A stretch of 64,000 nucleotides of DNA from Polyangiales bacterium (lineage in GTDB: Bacteria > Myxococcota_A > Polyangia > Polyangiales > Houyiibacteriaceae), in the NCBI GenBank assembly GCA_965227405.1, contig OZ245758.1:3060338-3124337 (forward strand). The letters run 5' to 3'. Below are positions 61,022 through 64,000 of this stretch, piece by piece; position 1 is the first letter of the stretch, and every line of letters starts with the position of its first letter. Under the pieces are notes generated by a model. It was not told where the DNA came from, ran no database searches, and was given only the letters and a program-made list of their open reading frames with translations. The position numbers and the translations under genes were made by a program.

Positions 61022-62400
61022 TCTTCTTCCACCCGCGCGCGTAGCGTTCCTTCGTGCAGACGGACCTTGATGATGTCGCCCGCTTCGACATCCTCTGCGC
61101 GTTTGATGGCTTGTTGGTTGTCGTCAAACGCGATGGCGTATCCACGTTCCAACACCCGCAGCGGCGACAAGGCATCCAGTTGTGCGGCCAGCCGAGCAAG
61201 TCGCTGCCGACGATCCTTGCCAATGCGCGGCGCCATGGCTTCGAGGCGTTCCTGGTCACGCCCCAACGAAGAGCGTGCTTCCGTGATGACGTCTCGGGCT
61301 GCGCGCTTCAGGCGAGTCTGTAGCTCGTTGAGCTCGCGACGATCTTTGGCCAACGTGACACGCGGATCACGCGCACGAAGCCGCTCTTCGAGTTCACGCA
61401 CGCGTCGTCGCAATGGCGCGATCATCCGCCGAGGGTCAGTCAGCGTGCGCTCGAGTTCGTGGACGTCCAAGCGCGAGCGGTCGATGCTCTTGTGAATCGC
61501 GCGATCCAACCTTGCGCGAAGTCCTTCGAGTTCACCGAGCAAGACCTGTGCATCAGGGACAGCGATCTCGGCGGCGTTGCTGGGTGTGGACGCACGTCGG
61601 TCCGCGACGAGTTCCGCAATCGTGACGTCGGTTTCATGCCCAACACCACACACGACTGGAACTCGAGCGCTGGCTACGGCACGCGCGACACGTTCCGCGT
61701 TGAACGACCAAAGCTCTTCGGCCGAACCACCTCCGCGTCCGAGGATGATCACGTCGACTTCGGGGATCTTTTGAATGTGGTCCAACGCAACCACGATCGA
61801 ACGCGCGGAGCCTTCTCCCATCACCTGGCAATCCGCCACGATCAGGCGCACCGGTGCGCGCGCGTGCGCAACACGCACAATGTCGCGAAGGGCGGCACTC
61901 TGTGCACTGGTCACCACGCCGATGGCGCGAGGCAGTCGTGGAAGTTCGCGTTTGCGCTCGGCATCGAGCAGCCCTTCCGCAGCGAGTCGCTTGCGGATGC
62001 GATCGAACTGCGCGGCCAAATCGCCGGCTCCAGCAGGCAAAATCGTGCGCGCGCGGATCTGGTAGCGCCCCGACGCGACATGGAGAGTGAGATTGCCGCG
62101 CACGCGAACTCGTTCGCCGTCTTCCAACTCCGCACGTACCGCTCGCAAATCGCGTTCGAAGAGAATCCCGCTCAGTCGTGCTTTCTCGCGTTCGTCGCTC
62201 AACGTGAAGTACACGTGGCCGTTGCGCGAACGCTTGACCTCACTGAGTTCACCTTCGACCCAAAAGTCGGAGAACTTGGATTCGATGTGTTCTTTGGCCG
62301 CGCGGTTCACTTCGCCCACGCGGAACACGCGCGGACCTTTTCGGTTCGGACCTGTCGTGGTGCCGGCCGGGCGCTTACCCCATCCTTTGAGCGGCTTCAC
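61018..62400 (-). CDS. xseA: Exodeoxyribonuclease VII large subunit
   Basis: N-term OB fold (VWVEGELSEVKRSRNGHVYFTL), catalytic core IGVVTS...RGGGS; ATGA overlap with aroE. Confidence 0.9.
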   Translation of the reverse strand: MKPLKGWGKRPAGTTTGPNRKGPRVFRVGEVNRAAKEHIESKFSDFWVEGELSEVKRSRNGHVYFTLSDEREKARLSGILFERDLRAVRAELEDGERVRVRGNLTLHVASGRYQIRARTILPAGAGDLAAQFDRIRKRLAAEGLLDAERKRELPRLPRAIGVVTSAQSAALRDIVRVAHARAPVRLIVADCQVMGEGSARSIVVALDHIQKIPEVDVIILGRGGGSAEELWSFNAERVARAVASARVPVVCGVGHETDVTIAELVADRRASTPSNAAEIAVPDAQVLLGELEGLRARLDRAIHKSIDRSRLDVHELERTLTDPRRMIAPLRRRVRELEERLRARDPRVTLAKDRRELNELQTRLKRAARDVITEARSSLGRDQERLEAMAPRIGKDRRQRLARLAAQLDALSPLRVLERGYAIAFDDNQQAIKRAEDVEAGDIIKVRLHEGTLRARVEEE

Positions 62401-62406
62401 CGCGGC

Positions 62407-63786
62407 TCAACCTCGGCGCGCGAGCGCACCCAGACACTCGTACGCAGCGTACTTGTAGGTCTCGGACAACGTCGGAAAGTTGAACACCATCTCGATGAAG
62501 AGATCGACGGTCGCACCCATCAGAAGCGCAGCTTGTCCGAGATGCACCATCTCACTGGCGCGCTCACCCACCACGTGCACGCCCAGGAGTTTTCGTGTTT
62601 CGGCGCAGGCCACCAGCTTGAGCAGTCCGCCCAAGTCGCCTTGAATCTGCCCGCGTGCGTTGTCGCGAAAGCGAGCGCGTCCCACCACATGCGGTCGTTT
62701 CGCTTCGATGCATTCTTGCTCGGTGTCGCCCACCGCGCTGACTTCCGGGATGGTGTAGATCCCGTAGGGGATCATCTCGCTCATGTTCTGCTTGTACGAG
62801 AACCCAAATGCGCGACACACGGCGACGCGCCCTTGCTCCATCGACGCGCTTGCGAGCGCTGGAAATCCGATGACGTCCCCAGCCGCGAGAATATGAGGAA
62901 CCGAGGTGCGATACGCATCGTCGACCTCGAGGTATCCGCGTTTGTTGGGCTTGATGCCCACGGTATCGAGGCCGAGGTCGCTCGTGTTGCCGGTCCGTCC
63001 CGCTGCAAACAGAAGATGCTCGGCACCAAGCTTGGTGCCGTCGTCCAACACAACCGTGACTTCCGGACCTTCGTCGACCACGGCACCCCAACGATGCGGT
63101 TGGTGCATGTCGATTCCGAGTGCGCCCATCTCTTGCTGCAGACGATCCCGAATCTCGGTGTCGATGAAGGGCAGGATCGCCGGTCGCGCGTCGACGAGAT
63201 GAACTTTGGTTCCAAGCGCGGCAAACATGCAGGCGTACTCGGAACCGATCACGCCCGCACCAAGCACGATCATCGACTTGGGAAGCGCTTCGATGTTGAG
63301 GATCTCGTCGCTGTCGTGCACACGTGGCGAGTTGAAGTCGACGTCTGCAGGTCGACGCGGCTTTGAACCCGTGGCGATCAGAAAGTGCTCGCCGTAGATC
63401 GCCGTACCGTTGACGTCGATCTCGTGTTCGCTGGTGAAGCGAGCGTGGCCGTCAACGTACTCGATGGAATGCCGTGAGAGGTTGTCGCGAATACGGCGCG
63501 ACTCGGCGATGGCGATCGCACGTTTGCGCGCCATGAGCGTCTGGACGGTAGCGTCGGGTTCGAGTGTGACGGCCACACCGTAGAGCGCGCGACTTCGATG
63601 ACCACTGAGGTAGATCGCGCTTTCGCGAAGTGTCTTGCTGGGCAACGTGCCGGTGTGAACTGCAGCGCCACCGGGTTCGCGAGCTTTCTCGACGATGGCT
63701 ACGCGCTTGCCGAAGTACGCAGCTTGAGCCGCCGCTTTCTCACCGGCAGGCCCCGAGCCAATCACGACCAGGTCATAGCGCTCCAC
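62407..63786 (-). CDS. sthA: Soluble pyridine nucleotide transhydrogenase-like FAD oxidoreductase (lacks redox-active Cys pair)
   Basis: DLVVIGSGPAGE, GGAAVHTGTLPSK (no CxxxxC, as in SthA), NAD-binding and dimerization domains. Confidence 0.7.
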   Translation of the reverse strand: MERYDLVVIGSGPAGEKAAAQAAYFGKRVAIVEKAREPGGAAVHTGTLPSKTLRESAIYLSGHRSRALYGVAVTLEPDATVQTLMARKRAIAIAESRRIRDNLSRHSIEYVDGHARFTSEHEIDVNGTAIYGEHFLIATGSKPRRPADVDFNSPRVHDSDEILNIEALPKSMIVLGAGVIGSEYACMFAALGTKVHLVDARPAILPFIDTEIRDRLQQEMGALGIDMHQPHRWGAVVDEGPEVTVVLDDGTKLGAEHLLFAAGRTGNTSDLGLDTVGIKPNKRGYLEVDDAYRTSVPHILAAGDVIGFPALASASMEQGRVAVCRAFGFSYKQNMSEMIPYGIYTIPEVSAVGDTEQECIEAKRPHVVGRARFRDNARGQIQGDLGGLLKLVACAETRKLLGVHVVGERASEMVHLGQAALLMGATVDLFIEMVFNFPTLSETYKYAAYECLGALARRG

Positions 63787-63840
63787 CGCATGACTCTACC
63801 CCAAAACCGATTTGACGCGACTCGCCGCTCACGCTGGCGG

Positions 63841-64000
63841 CTAATCGATCAAACGGCGAAGACGCGCCACGAGTTCACGCGGTCGCACGGGCTTGGAAAC
63901 GTGGTCGTCAAAGCCAGCTTTGAACGCGCTCTCAATCACTTCGGGTTCATCGGTGCGCGTAAGCGCCATCGCGGGAACTTTGAGCGGTGCAGGTCTGCCG
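63841..64000 (-). CDS. Partial CDS: C-terminus of a response-regulator receiver-like protein (gene continues beyond window)
   Basis: C-term ...AMALTRTDEPEVIESAFKAGFDDHVSKPVRPRELVARLRRLID*, TAG stop at 63841-63843. Confidence 0.45.
   Translation of the reverse strand, partial: GRPAPLKVPAMALTRTDEPEVIESAFKAGFDDHVSKPVRPRELVARLRRLID

Overview
High-GC (~68%) bacterial chromosomal window, gene-dense and heavily ATGA/GTGA-coupled; gene content resembles Myxococcota (many lipobox LxxC lipoproteins, sigma-54 enhancer-binding proteins, Ser/Thr kinase-AAA-TPR, RCC1 and PEGA proteins). I could support about 55 CDS, one tRNA, and several repeat or hairpin elements from the sequence. Housekeeping anchors are gyrB (22677-25112), aroE-xseA-sthA-like (60236-63786) and folK. 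Accessory content includes two ABC systems, an XPB-like helicase with a Bax1/DUF790-like partner ending at a tRNA, an ATPase-TPR-wHTH regulator flanked by beta-helix lipoproteins, a three-gene secreted Cys-rich/His-rich/Gly-rich cluster, a long minus-strand block from a two-component system to an aldehyde dehydrogenase, a DinG-lipoprotein-rhomboid operon, and a GAF sigma-54 regulator coupled to a frameshifted STPK-AAA-TPR gene. No CRISPR array, transposase or integrase was seen. The most unusual single item is a canonical-looking class-I tRNA whose hand-folded anticodon is CUA (amber-reading, tRNA-Lys-like) even though TAG is used as a normal stop in this window. All domain calls are from motif recognition by eye, with no database search.
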